NCBI GenBank assembly: GCA_963743445.1
Contig: CAVUPL010000003.1
Coordinates: forward strand, 375,984-439,983
Source of the DNA: Vulcanimicrobiota bacterium
GTDB taxonomy: Bacteria > Vulcanimicrobiota > Vulcanimicrobiia > Vulcanimicrobiales > Vulcanimicrobiaceae
Direction of reading: 5' to 3'
Length of the DNA: 64,000 nt
Shown here piece after piece: positions 1 through 9,547 of this stretch. The notes below the pieces were generated by a model, which was given only the letters and a program-made list of their open reading frames with translations, had not been told where the DNA came from and made no database searches. Position 1 is the stretch's first letter; each line of letters opens with the position of its first letter. The position numbers and the translations under genes are program-made.

Positions 1-243
1 TTCCAGTTCGACGTGCTCGCAGTCGCATTCGAGCCCGGTCGCGGATATGACGGTAAAGATCGCTGGCTGATGACCGTCAAACCTGCGGACCGCGAGCCCG
101 AGCTGCTCAGTCTCGGATCGAACCCAAAACGCGACGAGCAACTGAAGGCGGCGCGGGCACATCTCGAAGGCGGTGGCACAATCAAGAACGTTCGGCTGCG
201 GCGCTCGGGCAATGCGTACTACCTGACCGATGGAGACCACTAA
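1..243 (+). CDS. hypothetical protein, 3' end (ORF open at window start)
   Basis: Frame-1 ORF is open from nt 1 to the TAA at 241-243. Composition is protein-like (not Arg/Ala junk). No motif recognised. Confidence 0.4.
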   Translation, partial: FQFDVLAVAFEPGRGYDGKDRWLMTVKPADREPELLSLGSNPKRDEQLKAARAHLEGGGTIKNVRLRRSGNAYYLTDGDH

Positions 244-299
244 CTACACCTAAGGGGCCGAGGCATGTCCGCCTCGACCCCTTCGACTGCAGTTGAACT

Positions 300-835
300 A
301 TGGCAAAGATACCAAAGCGCCGCCGTGGCGGTCAACGTCGCCGGCGACCGCGAACGCTCGCCCAGTACGATGCGCTGCCGCGGCGCTCGCAAGCATCGGT
401 CGAAAACGTCGCACACGTCGTCACCCGGATGCGCGAAGGCGTTTCGCTAAAGAGCGCGGCGGCCGAGTACGGCGTCGACCCGCGAACCGTCGTCAAACTC
501 GGCGGGTCGGCGCTGCGCAAGACCGCAGGCGGTCGCTACGCCGCGAAGCCGAGCGATAACCTCCTGCGCGTCATGGTTGTGCCGGTTCACGGCGGCCGAG
601 TAGAAGTCGCCGTACGAGGTTCTCGCGCCGCGTCGGAGCTTGGCGAAGCGCGCGGCGGCGCAGCGCGAGTTTCTGGCGACCGGCGACGATACCAAGCTGC
701 GCGAGCTCAGCAAGAACGAAGCTTCTCGACGCGTCGGGCCGCGACGTGCCGTTCCTCACCGACCTCAATGAGCTGGAGCGCCAGGGCGACCTGGGCGTCC
801 TGTCCTTTGAAAGTATCTACGCGCGGCGCGGCTGA
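300..835 (+). pseudogene. hypothetical HTH-like protein, apparently disrupted by two +1 frameshifts
   Basis: Frame 3 from ATG 300 is protein-like up to about nt 636 (..VEVAVRGSRAAS), then turns into Arg-rich junk. Sense continues in frame 1 (LAKRAAAQREFLATGDDTKLRELSKN). It then continues in frame 2 (KLLDASGRDVPFLTDLNELERQGDLGVLSFESIYARRG*). The frame-2 TGA at 833-835 overlaps the ATG of the next gene (TGATG). Confidence 0.35.
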
Positions 836-1350
836 TGCGCGAGCGCGATCCGATCGGCGCGTGGCTGCGCGATACCCGTGCCCAGCGCCGTGTCGGCAGC
901 GCTCCATGTGCGTGCGGCGAATCGCGGCCGTTTGCGTTGATTACGGGCCGGTCGCCGCCGCTGTGCTATCGCTGCGAGCGCCTTGCGCACGGCCGCGAGC
1001 CGTACGAGCTCAACCACGTCTTCGGCAAGCGCAACAGCGCGCTGACGATCCGCTATCCGATCAACGATCACCGGGCGGTGCTTAGCGTGGCGCAATACCG
1101 CTGGCCACCCGGTGCCCTGGAGAATCCTAACGGGAGCGTCCTGCTCGCAAGCATCGCAGAGTCGCACGGGCTGTACGATAATACGGAGCACATGCTTGCC
1201 GAGCACAAAGCAAACGGCGCGCGGCTGCTCCACGTCGAGGAGTTGCTCGTCGCTGTCTATGGGCCGGACTGGCTTCCAGGGCTTGAAGCTGCGGCGAAGC
1301 GAGCTTCCGGCAAGCCCGCGACGAAGCGTAAGCCAGCGCATGACAAGTGA
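835..1350 (+). CDS. Zn-ribbon protein with possible HNH-like nuclease motif
   Basis: 171-aa ORF whose start overlaps the upstream stop. It has CxC...CxxC cysteines (CACG..CYRC) followed by ELNHVFGKRN...NDHR, which resembles an H-N-H core. The functional call is tentative. Confidence 0.45.
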   Translation: MRERDPIGAWLRDTRAQRRVGSAPCACGESRPFALITGRSPPLCYRCERLAHGREPYELNHVFGKRNSALTIRYPINDHRAVLSVAQYRWPPGALENPNGSVLLASIAESHGLYDNTEHMLAEHKANGARLLHVEELLVAVYGPDWLPGLEAAAKRASGKPATKRKPAHDK

Positions 1351-2615
1351 CCTGCCGATCGCAGTCCGCGTCTATCCCGATCTACCGTCGTCGCAGTCGG
1401 ATCGCAAGACCATGCCGCAGATCGACGGCATGCTCGTCTTCGACTGCGAGACGCGCACCGATAAAGCGCAGGCGCTGACCTTCGGCAGCTACAGGTTCCT
1501 CGTGGAAGGCCGCTGCCTCGAAGAGGGTCTGTTCTACGGTGACGATCTGCTGCCACGCGAGCGAGCCATCTTGGACCGGTACGTCGCGACCCATGCGGCC
1601 GACACCGATCCGCGCGGCATCCCGGAGCGCAGCATCCCGAGTAATCCAAAACTTATGCTGTTATCGGCAGCGGAGTTTCGCAGGCTTCTCTTCCGCGTGG
1701 CGTACAAAGGTCGCGGGCTGCTCGTTGCGTTCAACTTTCCTTTCGATATCTCGCGCCTCGCACTTGATTACCAACCTTCGCAGGGCCGGTTCCTGGGCGG
1801 GTTCAGCTTCGTACTCTTTCAGTACCGAGACCCCAACGGCATGCTGCGTCCCAGCGCGTACCGGCCAGCGATCACGGTCAAGCACATGGATGGTAAACGC
1901 TCCTTCAAGCGCTTCACTGCCACGATCGATCGCGATAAGGAAGACAAAATACCCGAAGGTGCCGCGACCCCCAAGCCGGACGATCGCTACATTTTCCGCG
2001 GGCACATGCTCGATGCGAAAACCCTGGCCTTCGCGCTGACCGATCAGGGCATGCGTCTCGAACGGGCCTGCGAGCTCTTCGGTGTCGAACACGGCAAGCA
2101 GAAGGTCAAGCGGCATGGGATCGTTACGCCAAGATACATCGACTACAACCGGCGCGATGTGCTCGCAACCTGCGAGCTGACCGAGAAGCTGCTCGCGGAA
2201 TACGCGCTCCACCTGATCCCCCTCCAGGCGACGAAAGCCTACTCGGCGGCCTCGATCGGCAAAGCCTACCTGGAGGCGATGGGGATCACGCCTCTGCTCG
2301 CACGCATGCCGGATTTTCCAAAGCGGTATCTCGGATATGCTGAATCAGCCTTCTTCGGCGGACGTGCGAGCGCGCACGCGCGCAAGGTTCCAGTGCCGGT
2401 CGTCTACACAGATTTCCTCAGTCAATATTCGACGGTGAACGTGCTGATGGGACTGTGGAACTTCGTCACTGCGAGCGACATAACGGTCGTGGAAGATGCT
2501 CGCGAGGAGCTCGCAGCAATGCTGCGAGCCGTGACGCCTGAATGGTTGCTCGATCAGGGCAACTGGAAGCGCCTTGCAGGCTTCGCTCGCATCATCCCGG
2601 ATGGCGACGCGCTGC
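1340..2615 (+). pseudogene. family-B DNA polymerase, N-terminal fragment (3'-5' exonuclease domain plus motif A), cut by IS110-family insertion
   Basis: Exo I LVFDCETRTD, Exo II VAFNFPFDISRL, Exo III YNRRDVLATCEL, motif A VVYTDFLSQYSTV (Dx2SLYPS-like). Protein-like reading ends at ..DGDALP, where the IS sequence begins. ATG 1340 overlaps the upstream gene end; ATG 1412 is an alternative start. Confidence 0.8.
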
Positions 2616-2874
2616 CGCTGCGAGCTTCCATGAGAAGGCCGTTTTTGTCAAGGCCGACGTGGCGGCCAAATACATCGCTCCACCAATTCATCTCGCCCCG
2701 CTTCCATCCGCACTCGTTGTGAGCCATTGTTGGCTCGGTGCACGTTGGGGTTCCTCGTGGAGTTTGGCGCTGCTATCTAAGCGACGATCTCAGAGGATCC
2801 TAGCTCGCATCGCAGTCACCAAAACGCGGCGAATTGTCGGAGCGAATGTCGCGCGAAGTTTTCCTCGCGAGTAT
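2616..2874 (-). ncRNA. candidate bridge/seek RNA region of IS copy A (3' non-coding flank)
   Basis: A 259-nt non-coding segment lies downstream of the transposase stop, versus 94 nt upstream. This architecture is typical of IS1111-type members, which encode their guide RNA 3' of the recombinase. No fold was computed. Confidence 0.25.
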
Positions 2875-3990
2875 TTAGGCGACGCCAACCGCTCCTAACG
2901 GGACGCCGGCGCGCACGGGCTCGTAGACCTCTGCAGTGACCCACAACCGGTGAAGCAGTACCGCGAGCTTACGAGCCACCGCGACAACGGCTCGTTTCTT
3001 GGCATTCTTGCCGCCGCGCTCGGCCAAATGTATCCCAAAGCGCCGTAAGTCGGAGTCTGGTCCAAAGGGTCCTAAGATGTAGTGAGCGCTTCCGATCAGC
3101 AGGCGGCGCAGATACCCGTTTCCAGCTTTGGTGATCGGCAGTTGCGGGGAATGTTCACCCGAGTCATCTTGGCGCGGAACCAACCCGAGGTAGGCTCCGA
3201 CGTCGCGGCTACGTGCAAAGCGAGTCTTGTCGGAAAGTGTGAGCACGAAGGCCAGCGAGGTTAACGCCCCAACGCCGGCTACCTGCCGCAGAACCTCCGT
3301 TTCCGGATAGCATTGGTGAGCTAGCACCTCGAGCTGCTTGTCATAGCAGCGGATCTGCTCCGTTAGCGAATCGATTGCAGCTGCTAGCGGTGCGAGCATC
3401 GTTTCGAACCGCTCGGGAGTTTGCTCGCGAATGCGCTGAGCAAAGCATGGAGTAGTGCACCGCGGTAAGCGACCACCCAGGGACTTGGTCAATCCGCGCG
3501 CGGCATTGATAAGCTTTGTACGCGCGCCAACGAGGACGTCACGCGCACGGATCAGAGAGATGTCGGCTTGCATCTGCTCGCTACGATGCTGGACTGGTGC
3601 GAGGAGCTGCGGATCGAAGCGAACTATGCGAGCGAGGATCTCTGCATCGGCGCGATCGTTCTTTCGATCGCTTTGGTGAATCTTGCGCAACTCGCGGGCA
3701 TTGGCAACGACAACCTCGTGGCCGCAGCCGGCGATGAGTCGGCTGACCCATCCCGAGTGCGTTCCCGTCTCAAGTGCGACCCGGGCCGGCGCACGCGAGT
3801 TGAAGTATTCCTGTAACGTCGCCCGAGTCGTGCGCAGGCGAGTTTGGCTGGCGATTGCGCCCTCCTCGTCAAGCACACAGGCTTCGCTATACCGGTCGCC
3901 CAGGTCGATTCCGATCGCAAGCGGGTTCGCCTTTGCGCGACGTTCCTTTCGGGACTTGCTTTGAATCTGGACTTTGCTATGCTTGGTCAT
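2875..3990 (-). CDS. IS110-family DEDD transposase/recombinase
   Basis: N-terminus has IGIDLGDRYSEACVLD. C-terminus has LRQVAGVGALTSLAFVLTLSDKTRFARSRDVGAYLGLVPRQDDSGEHS (Transposase_20-like). ATG is preceded by AAAGGAG. Identical to 9548-10663. Confidence 0.9.
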   Translation of the reverse strand: MTKHSKVQIQSKSRKERRAKANPLAIGIDLGDRYSEACVLDEEGAIASQTRLRTTRATLQEYFNSRAPARVALETGTHSGWVSRLIAGCGHEVVVANARELRKIHQSDRKNDRADAEILARIVRFDPQLLAPVQHRSEQMQADISLIRARDVLVGARTKLINAARGLTKSLGGRLPRCTTPCFAQRIREQTPERFETMLAPLAAAIDSLTEQIRCYDKQLEVLAHQCYPETEVLRQVAGVGALTSLAFVLTLSDKTRFARSRDVGAYLGLVPRQDDSGEHSPQLPITKAGNGYLRRLLIGSAHYILGPFGPDSDLRRFGIHLAERGGKNAKKRAVVAVARKLAVLLHRLWVTAEVYEPVRAGVPLGAVGVA

Positions 3991-4084
3991 GAGGGTCGGT
4001 CTCCTTTCATTGCACCTCGAGTGCGTCACGGATACTTCGTTTCAGAAGTCCGTCTTGGGGACCGGCCTTCTCATCTCATCTAAG

Positions 4085-5842
4085 TACGGTGGCAACGATT
4101 GGCAGATCGGCGTCAACTACGTCTATGCGAACAGCGACAATCCCAGCGATGCGCTGTGGTATTCATGGCCCGATCTTGTGGCGTCCGTGCTCTTAACTGG
4201 AAAGCAGCCGCGCATTATCGAGGCGTTCGAGATCGAGCCTATCGGTAAGGCTGAGGGCCTGAAGCCGATCACGTTCCGCGGACAAGTGCCGATCGATCCG
4301 CGCTCGCAGGACTTCTTCAAAGTGGTGATCGAGGAACGCAATCGCCTCGCAGCTCGCACCGATCTGGACAAGAGCGAGCGCGATCGGCTCAAGCGATCGC
4401 TCAAGACCTTCGGCAGCGCGACGAGCTACGGCATCTTCGCACAGATGGATCGCAAAGAGAGTGAAAAGCCGGTGAAGCTGACATGCTACGGCATCGATCC
4501 CGAGTCGTACGAGTGTACCGTAAAGCACCCGGAGTCACCCGGTGAGTTTTGCTTCCCACCGCTGGCCTCGCTCATTACGGGCGGTAGCCATCTGCTGCTC
4601 GCGCTGCTGGAGCGCCTGGTCACCGATCGCGGCGGCACATACGCGATGGAAGACACCGACTCCATGGCAATAGTGGCCTCGGAGCGCGGCCGCCTCGTTC
4701 CGTGCCCTGGCGGCGCATATAAGACCGAAGACCGGCGCGAGGCGATCCGCGCGCTGACCTGGGCGCAGGTGGACGAAATCGTTGCACTTCTGGATCGCCT
4801 CAATCCCTACGATCGCGAGGCGGTCAAAGAGCCGATCCTCAAGATCGAGAGCGACAACCGCGATCCCAAAACCAAACAGCAGCGGCAGCTCTGGTGCCTG
4901 GCGATTTCCGCCAAGCGTTACGCGCTCTTCCTCCGCGATCGCAACGGCGAGCCGGTACTGCTGCGTAAGGGTGACAATAACGGTGAGGACGGCGAAGATC
5001 GATGGTCGCAGCACGGCCTCGGGCATCTACTCAATCCCAGCGATCCGGAGGGCGACGATCGTAGCTGGATCGCGCAGGCGTGGCTTGCGATCGTACGCCG
5101 ATCGCTGAGTCTCGCAGCGGCGCCGCTTCCGATCGCCGATCGCGTGGCCGTAGGGCAGATCACCGTGAGCAGCCCCGAGGTGCTCAAGCCGCTAGAAGCG
5201 TTCAATGCTAGTAAACGGTACGCGCAACAGATCAAACCATTCAACTTCATCCTTAGCGCCCACGTAGCGTCGTTCGGTCATCCAAGCGGCGCCGATCCCG
5301 AACACTTCCATCTGATCGCACCGTATGAGAGCGACCCGCGCAGATGGGAGAGGCTGCCCTGGATCGATGAGTATTCGGAGAAGCCGTATCGGATCAGCGC
5401 ATCGCTGCCCAGCGCCACGCGATCGATCGCGGCCGTCAAGAGCTACGGCGACGTGCTCGAAGAGTACGAGTTCCACGAAGAGGCCAAGTGTGCCGATGCC
5501 ACTGGCGAGCCGTGCGATCGGCAGAGCGTCGGTCTGCTGGGTCGGCGCCGCGTCCGGATCAAACAGCTGCATTTCATCGGTAAGGAATCAAACAAGCTCG
5601 AAGAGGTCGAGGACCAAGCCTTGTTCGACCCGATGGATGTTTATACGGAGTATGCCGACCCGCGCCGCGACGATTGGCTCAACAAGTGGCTGCCGATGCT
5701 GCGATCGACCCCAGTTCCAAAGCTGCTTGCTCTAGGCGTTTCGCGCGCGACAATCTATGCGGCGCGGAGCGGACGCAAGCCGTACGGTAGCACAAAGCTG
5801 AAACTCATCCGTGCCCTTCGAATAGTTCATGGGTTGAGTTAG
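4085..5842 (+). pseudogene. family-B DNA polymerase, C-terminal fragment (motifs B, C, KxY, thumb)
   Basis: Resumes as YGGNDWQIGVNYVYAN directly after the IS. Motif B KTFGSATSYGIFAQ, motif C YAMEDTDSMAIV, KxY AISAKRYALF. Removing about 1,467 bp of IS restores the frame (..DGDALP-YGGNDW..). Confidence 0.8.
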
Positions 5843-5849
5843 TGACGTT

Positions 5850-7058
5850 ATGTTTGAACATTGGTTTCAGTTAGCGCCAGATATGGCGCCCCAAATCGGA
5901 GTGCCCCCAGCTGCCATGATAGCCGCGCACGACATTGTATGCTCGGTCATGGGGTCGGCGTGGATAGAGCGCCAAGCGGAACGTCTGGACGTTCGCGCTC
6001 GTTCCATTGCCGATGTTCATCCACTGTTTCGCTCCCTCACTGGAGGCACGGAGTTAAACATCATCGAGGTTTGCGAATTGGCGGCGTATTGCGTCGCCTT
6101 TAAGACCGATGCAAGGCTTGGCGAAGCGATAATCTCATTGCGTGATCCCAATAAGTATGCAGCGACAGTCACTGAGTTAAGCATGGCTTGGAAGTTTAAG
6201 CTCGCTGGAGCATCAGTTAGGCTCGCGCCGCCAACGGAACGTGGCACAGCTGACTTTGCCGCGGAGGTCGCGGGCAAAGAACATGTGGTCGAAGTTAGTG
6301 GATTTCCAAACGACCCATTTCGGAGCGATTCGATGATCTTTGTGGGCGCAATGCAGACTGCGCTAAAGTCGGCGCTAAAGAGGCACGCTTTTGCTCGCCA
6401 CGTCGTCGTTGAAATAGAAGTTGAAGGTAGCGATGTTGAAAACCTACAAGCAGAAGCGCACCGCGCTATCGCAAGCGCGACCCAAGAATTCGCGAAGTTG
6501 GGTACGCAGAGCGCAGTGGCGCACGAATATCCGTTCGGTTCAGTTAAGGTTAGACTTGTCGTTCCCGGCGAAAAGCCGGATACTTTGTATTGGACCTGTG
6601 CCGTTTGTCTTACCTTAGTGCCACCGCCTGATACCGGATTGCTTACGATGGAGCACTTAACGCAAGGGCAAGAAACTCATTGGCTCTACGTTCGATTACC
6701 AGAACGGCCTGCGTACCCTTACGAGCGGATCAAACAAAAGCTAAAGACAGAGGCACGACAGTTACGCGGTTGTACGGACGCCGTCGTGATGCTAGACTCA
6801 GGAGGCCTTCGGATGGGAATACCGTCTGACGGTGATTCCCACCTTAGCCGCATCGCCAAAGATTTCGAGCGAGAACACGCAAGCACAACTGCTTTCGGTG
6901 TTATTGCACAACCGGTCAAGAGGGATGGGACTAGCGGCCTCGCGGGTGCCTATTTTGCGCTCGCACCGGGAGCTTTGAGCGCGGCTTTTTGGCGAGATAT
7001 GCTCAAGGCCGACCAGCAATCGACAGTGCTGTGGGAGTTGGACGAGCTTCGAAAATGA
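5850..7058 (+). CDS. hypothetical protein (402 aa), last large gene of the polymerase block
   Basis: Long ORF starting 8 nt after the polymerase stop. Visibly lower GC than its surroundings. No recognisable motif. Confidence 0.6.
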   Translation: MFEHWFQLAPDMAPQIGVPPAAMIAAHDIVCSVMGSAWIERQAERLDVRARSIADVHPLFRSLTGGTELNIIEVCELAAYCVAFKTDARLGEAIISLRDPNKYAATVTELSMAWKFKLAGASVRLAPPTERGTADFAAEVAGKEHVVEVSGFPNDPFRSDSMIFVGAMQTALKSALKRHAFARHVVVEIEVEGSDVENLQAEAHRAIASATQEFAKLGTQSAVAHEYPFGSVKVRLVVPGEKPDTLYWTCAVCLTLVPPPDTGLLTMEHLTQGQETHWLYVRLPERPAYPYERIKQKLKTEARQLRGCTDAVVMLDSGGLRMGIPSDGDSHLSRIAKDFEREHASTTAFGVIAQPVKRDGTSGLAGAYFALAPGALSAAFWRDMLKADQQSTVLWELDELRK

Positions 7059-7140
7059 AGCGAAGTGCAGTGGCAGCGAAGGGGGGCCGCCTATCGGCGA
7101 CGTGGCTGCGAAGCGGGCCGAGGCGGCGACTAAGGCCCTC

Positions 7141-7190
7141 GGAGCCCGGCTGCTGCGCCGGAACGGAACAGAGCAGCACCGAACACCAAA
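7141..7190 (+). promoter_or_regulatory. copy of the conserved leader (CCGG.TGCTGCGC.GGAC.GAG..GC.CCGAAC)
   Basis: AGCCCGGCTGCTGCGCCGGAACGGAACAGAGCAGCACCGAAC aligns with the reverse complement of 17619-17667 and with the other leader copies. Confidence 0.3.
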
Positions 7191-7223
7191 ATAAGATTTC
7201 GAGCTGAGCGGGTTACGGAGACT

Positions 7224-7472
7224 TTGGACCTCGATCGTCTACTTCAGCGCAGCCGCCGCGAATTGCTGAGCAGCGTCCCGGAGATCAAGGAGCTACTAGA
7301 CTCCTTCGCCGTAACGCGTGATAGCCCTAAGTGCGTTGACGACGTGCGCAAGGCCGAGATTATCAACATGCTGGTAGCGAAGTTTTCATCAATCGGCCTA
7401 AGAGAGGACGACGAGCCCAACGAGCTTGGGCTGGCGATCGAGTCGCTTATCGACATCTTTAACAGGGACTAA
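7224..7472 (+). CDS. small acidic hypothetical protein (82 aa, TTG start)
   Basis: ORF with protein-like composition lying downstream of a leader copy. The non-ATG start lowers confidence. Confidence 0.35.
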   Translation: MDLDRLLQRSRRELLSSVPEIKELLDSFAVTRDSPKCVDDVRKAEIINMLVAKFSSIGLREDDEPNELGLAIESLIDIFNRD

Positions 7473-7481
7473 GAGCGTGCA

Positions 7482-7564
7482 CTGGCTGCTGCACATGGGA
7501 CTGAGCGCCGCCGCGCCGAACAAAGCCAGGCGCTGAGCGTTCATGCGGCACGGGAGCGAGGACT
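7482..7564 (+). promoter_or_regulatory. conserved leader upstream of orphan signal-peptide cassette
   Basis: CTGGCTGCTGCACATGGGACTGAGCGCCGCCGCGCCGAAC...GTTCATGCGGCACGGGAGCGAGGACTATG is homologous to the leaders at 25444-25490, 37041-37086 and 40242-40309. Confidence 0.4.
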
Positions 7565-7693
7565 ATGAGGATTCGAAGCTTGGGCTACGCGCTAAGCAGC
7601 TGCGTGGCTGCGGCAATGCTCGCTGGCTGCGGCGGATCGCAGCCGCCGCTCGGCGCGCCGGGCGCGGGATTAGCGGGGCGAGGTGATGCGTAG
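7565..7693 (+). other. orphan lipoprotein signal-peptide cassette (42 codons)
   Basis: MRIRSLGYALSSCVAAAMLAGCGGSQPPLGAPGAGLAGRGDA*. It contains the conserved core TGCGGCGGATCGCAGCCGCC at 7628-7647 and stops 20 codons after the lipobox Cys. Confidence 0.6.
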
Positions 7694-8162
7694 CCGTAAG
7701 GCGGCGGCGGTGATGTTCATCATCCTGGTAATTTGCTCGCAGCGCACGACGTTTGCGACAAATAAATACCCCGTGCCGTTCTCGGATAAGCCCGATTGGC
7801 ATGGCTTCATCGTGAATCCTCCAGCGAGCTTCGCCGCGGTGCTTCATGCTCGCGTAATGGCGCATGCGCTTGTCCTTGTAACGTTGAATTCGAGTGGGAC
7901 AATCGATCAACATGAGGCGGCGACGCTGGCCTATCAGAATTTGTTCAGCAATACTTCGCGTCTTCCCGCTGGTGCCTTATATGTTGTCGTGATGGTATAT
8001 GGACCGCCAAACTTCATCGGCGCACATCCAGAATTCGCTTACGTCTTTAGGCGCGATTCAACCCCGAATGGCTGGGAACCACGGCTAGTATCAGAGTCCG
8101 AGGTGAAAGCCATTCAATGCGCTCTTGGAAACAAGATCTTGGTTGGACACGGAGCCTGTTAG
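7683..8162 (+). CDS. secreted hypothetical protein (159 aa)
   Basis: N-terminal signal-like MMRSRKAAAVMFIILVICSQRTTFA. Lower-GC ORF that overlaps the orphan cassette's stop. Confidence 0.5.
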   Translation: MMRSRKAAAVMFIILVICSQRTTFATNKYPVPFSDKPDWHGFIVNPPASFAAVLHARVMAHALVLVTLNSSGTIDQHEAATLAYQNLFSNTSRLPAGALYVVVMVYGPPNFIGAHPEFAYVFRRDSTPNGWEPRLVSESEVKAIQCALGNKILVGHGAC

Positions 8163-9363
8163 AGCATTGCGTCACGCGCCTACCATCTGCGCCGCTGCTG
8201 CATTGTTCGCGGGATGCGGCGGATCGCAGCCGCCGATCGGCGCTCCGGGCGCGATGCTGCAAAGCAACGCGATAGCGACGTCGTCCTATCAGGTTCTGCA
8301 CAACTTCGCTGGCGACCCGGACGGCGCGAACCCCTCCGCGAGCTTGATCGACGTGAACGGTACGTTCTACGGTACCACAGCTGAGGGCGGCACATACGGC
8401 CATGGCGGAACGGTCTTCAGCATCAATACGACCGGCAAAGAACGCGTGCTCTATAGCTTTGGCGGTGGCCACGATGGCAACGGCCCCGTCGCGAGCCTGA
8501 TCGACGTGAACGGCACGCTGTACGGCACAACGGAGTACGGGGGACTATGCGGCTGTGGGACCGTTTATAGCGTGAGCACTTCCGGCAGCGAAAAAGTGCT
8601 GTATGCTTTCAAGGGCGGCACCGACGGAGCCAATCCGACCGCCGGATTACTCAACATGAAGGGTACGCTCTACGGCACAACCCGTTCGGGAGGTGGCGGC
8701 AAGTGCAGCACATCCGGCGCTAGCGGTTGCGGAACCGTTTACAGCATTAGCACGACCGGCAAGGAGAAAGTGCTATACCACTTTGCTGGCCCCGACGGCG
8801 AATTCCCAACTGCGAGCTTGATCGAACTTAAGGGCAGGCTCTACGGCACTACATATTGGGGCGGCGGCGGTTTCGGCTATGGAACGGTCTTCAGCATCAC
8901 TACGTCTGGCAGGGAGCACGTGATTCACAGCTTCCAGGGCGACCCTGACGGCGCACAGCCCGACGCATCCCTGATTAAGGTTAAGGGCATGCTATACGGA
9001 ACGACGGAATATGGTGGCGCACAGTCCTACCAAGCAGGCCTAGGAACGGTTTTTAGCATCACCACGCGTGGCACGGAGCACGTGATTCACATCTTCCGCT
9101 ACGGCGATGGCGAATTTCCGACTGCGAGCTTGATCAACGTTAAGGGCACGCTCTACGGCACTACATATGGGGGCGGCACGCATTACGGCGGAACGGTCTT
9201 CAGCATCACTACGTCCGGCACGGAACACGTGATTCACAGCTTCGACGGCGGCTTAGCACACGGCCCCCAGGCGGGCGTGATCGACGTTGAAGGCACGCTC
9301 TACGGCACCACGTTTTGGGCCGGCACGTATAACGACGGAACGGTCTTCGCGTTGAGATTGTAA
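8125..9363 (+). CDS. GloVer-type (Gloeo_Verruco-like) tandem-repeat lipoprotein
   Basis: ICAAAALFAGCGGSQPPIGAPGAMLQS is followed by about 8 repeats of the ..ASLIDVNGTLYGTT..GG..GTVFSI...G.E.V(L/I)(Y/H)SF.. type. Ends GTVFALRL*. There is no ATG; TTG at 8125 or 8143 are candidate starts. Confidence 0.8.
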   Translation: METRSWLDTEPVRALRHAPTICAAAALFAGCGGSQPPIGAPGAMLQSNAIATSSYQVLHNFAGDPDGANPSASLIDVNGTFYGTTAEGGTYGHGGTVFSINTTGKERVLYSFGGGHDGNGPVASLIDVNGTLYGTTEYGGLCGCGTVYSVSTSGSEKVLYAFKGGTDGANPTAGLLNMKGTLYGTTRSGGGGKCSTSGASGCGTVYSISTTGKEKVLYHFAGPDGEFPTASLIELKGRLYGTTYWGGGGFGYGTVFSITTSGREHVIHSFQGDPDGAQPDASLIKVKGMLYGTTEYGGAQSYQAGLGTVFSITTRGTEHVIHIFRYGDGEFPTASLINVKGTLYGTTYGGGTHYGGTVFSITTSGTEHVIHSFDGGLAHGPQAGVIDVEGTLYGTTFWAGTYNDGTVFALRL

Positions 9364-9366
9364 TGC

Positions 9367-9453
9367 CCGCGCCCGGCGTTCGCGATCGCGAGGCCGTTGT
9401 TCGCTTAGCAGCATTGCTCGCATTGCAGCTACGAGCGCCTCGCATTACGGAAG
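9367..9453. repeat. REP-like intergenic unit (left part, split by IS copy B)
   Basis: CCGCGCCCGGCGTTCGCGATCGCGAGGCC...GCTCGCATTGCAGCT.CGAGCGCCTCGCA is homologous to the reverse complement of 13345-13449. It contains the 12-nt palindrome TCGCGATCGCGA at 9380-9391. Confidence 0.7.
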
Positions 9454-9547
9454 CTTAGATGAGATGAGAAGGCCGGTCCCCAAGACGGACTTCTGAAACG
9501 AAGTATCCGTGACGCACTCGAGGTGCAATGAAAGGAGACCGACCCTC

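Larger units (their letters stand above)
2616..4084 (-). mobile_element. IS110-family (IS1111-like) insertion sequence, copy A, about 1,469 bp
   Basis: Reverse complement matches 9454-10922; all ORF translations, real and spurious, are identical between the copies. Boundaries were set where the flanks diverge (+/-2 nt). Subterminal inverted repeats ATGAGAAGGCCG / CGGCCTTCTCAT are present. Confidence 0.9.

Noticed and set aside
1112-1339. ORF-track start of the polymerase at 1112
   Set aside because: The first 76 codons overlap the upstream gene in another frame and are Ser/Arg/Cys-rich junk. A sensible sequence begins near ATG 1340 or 1412.
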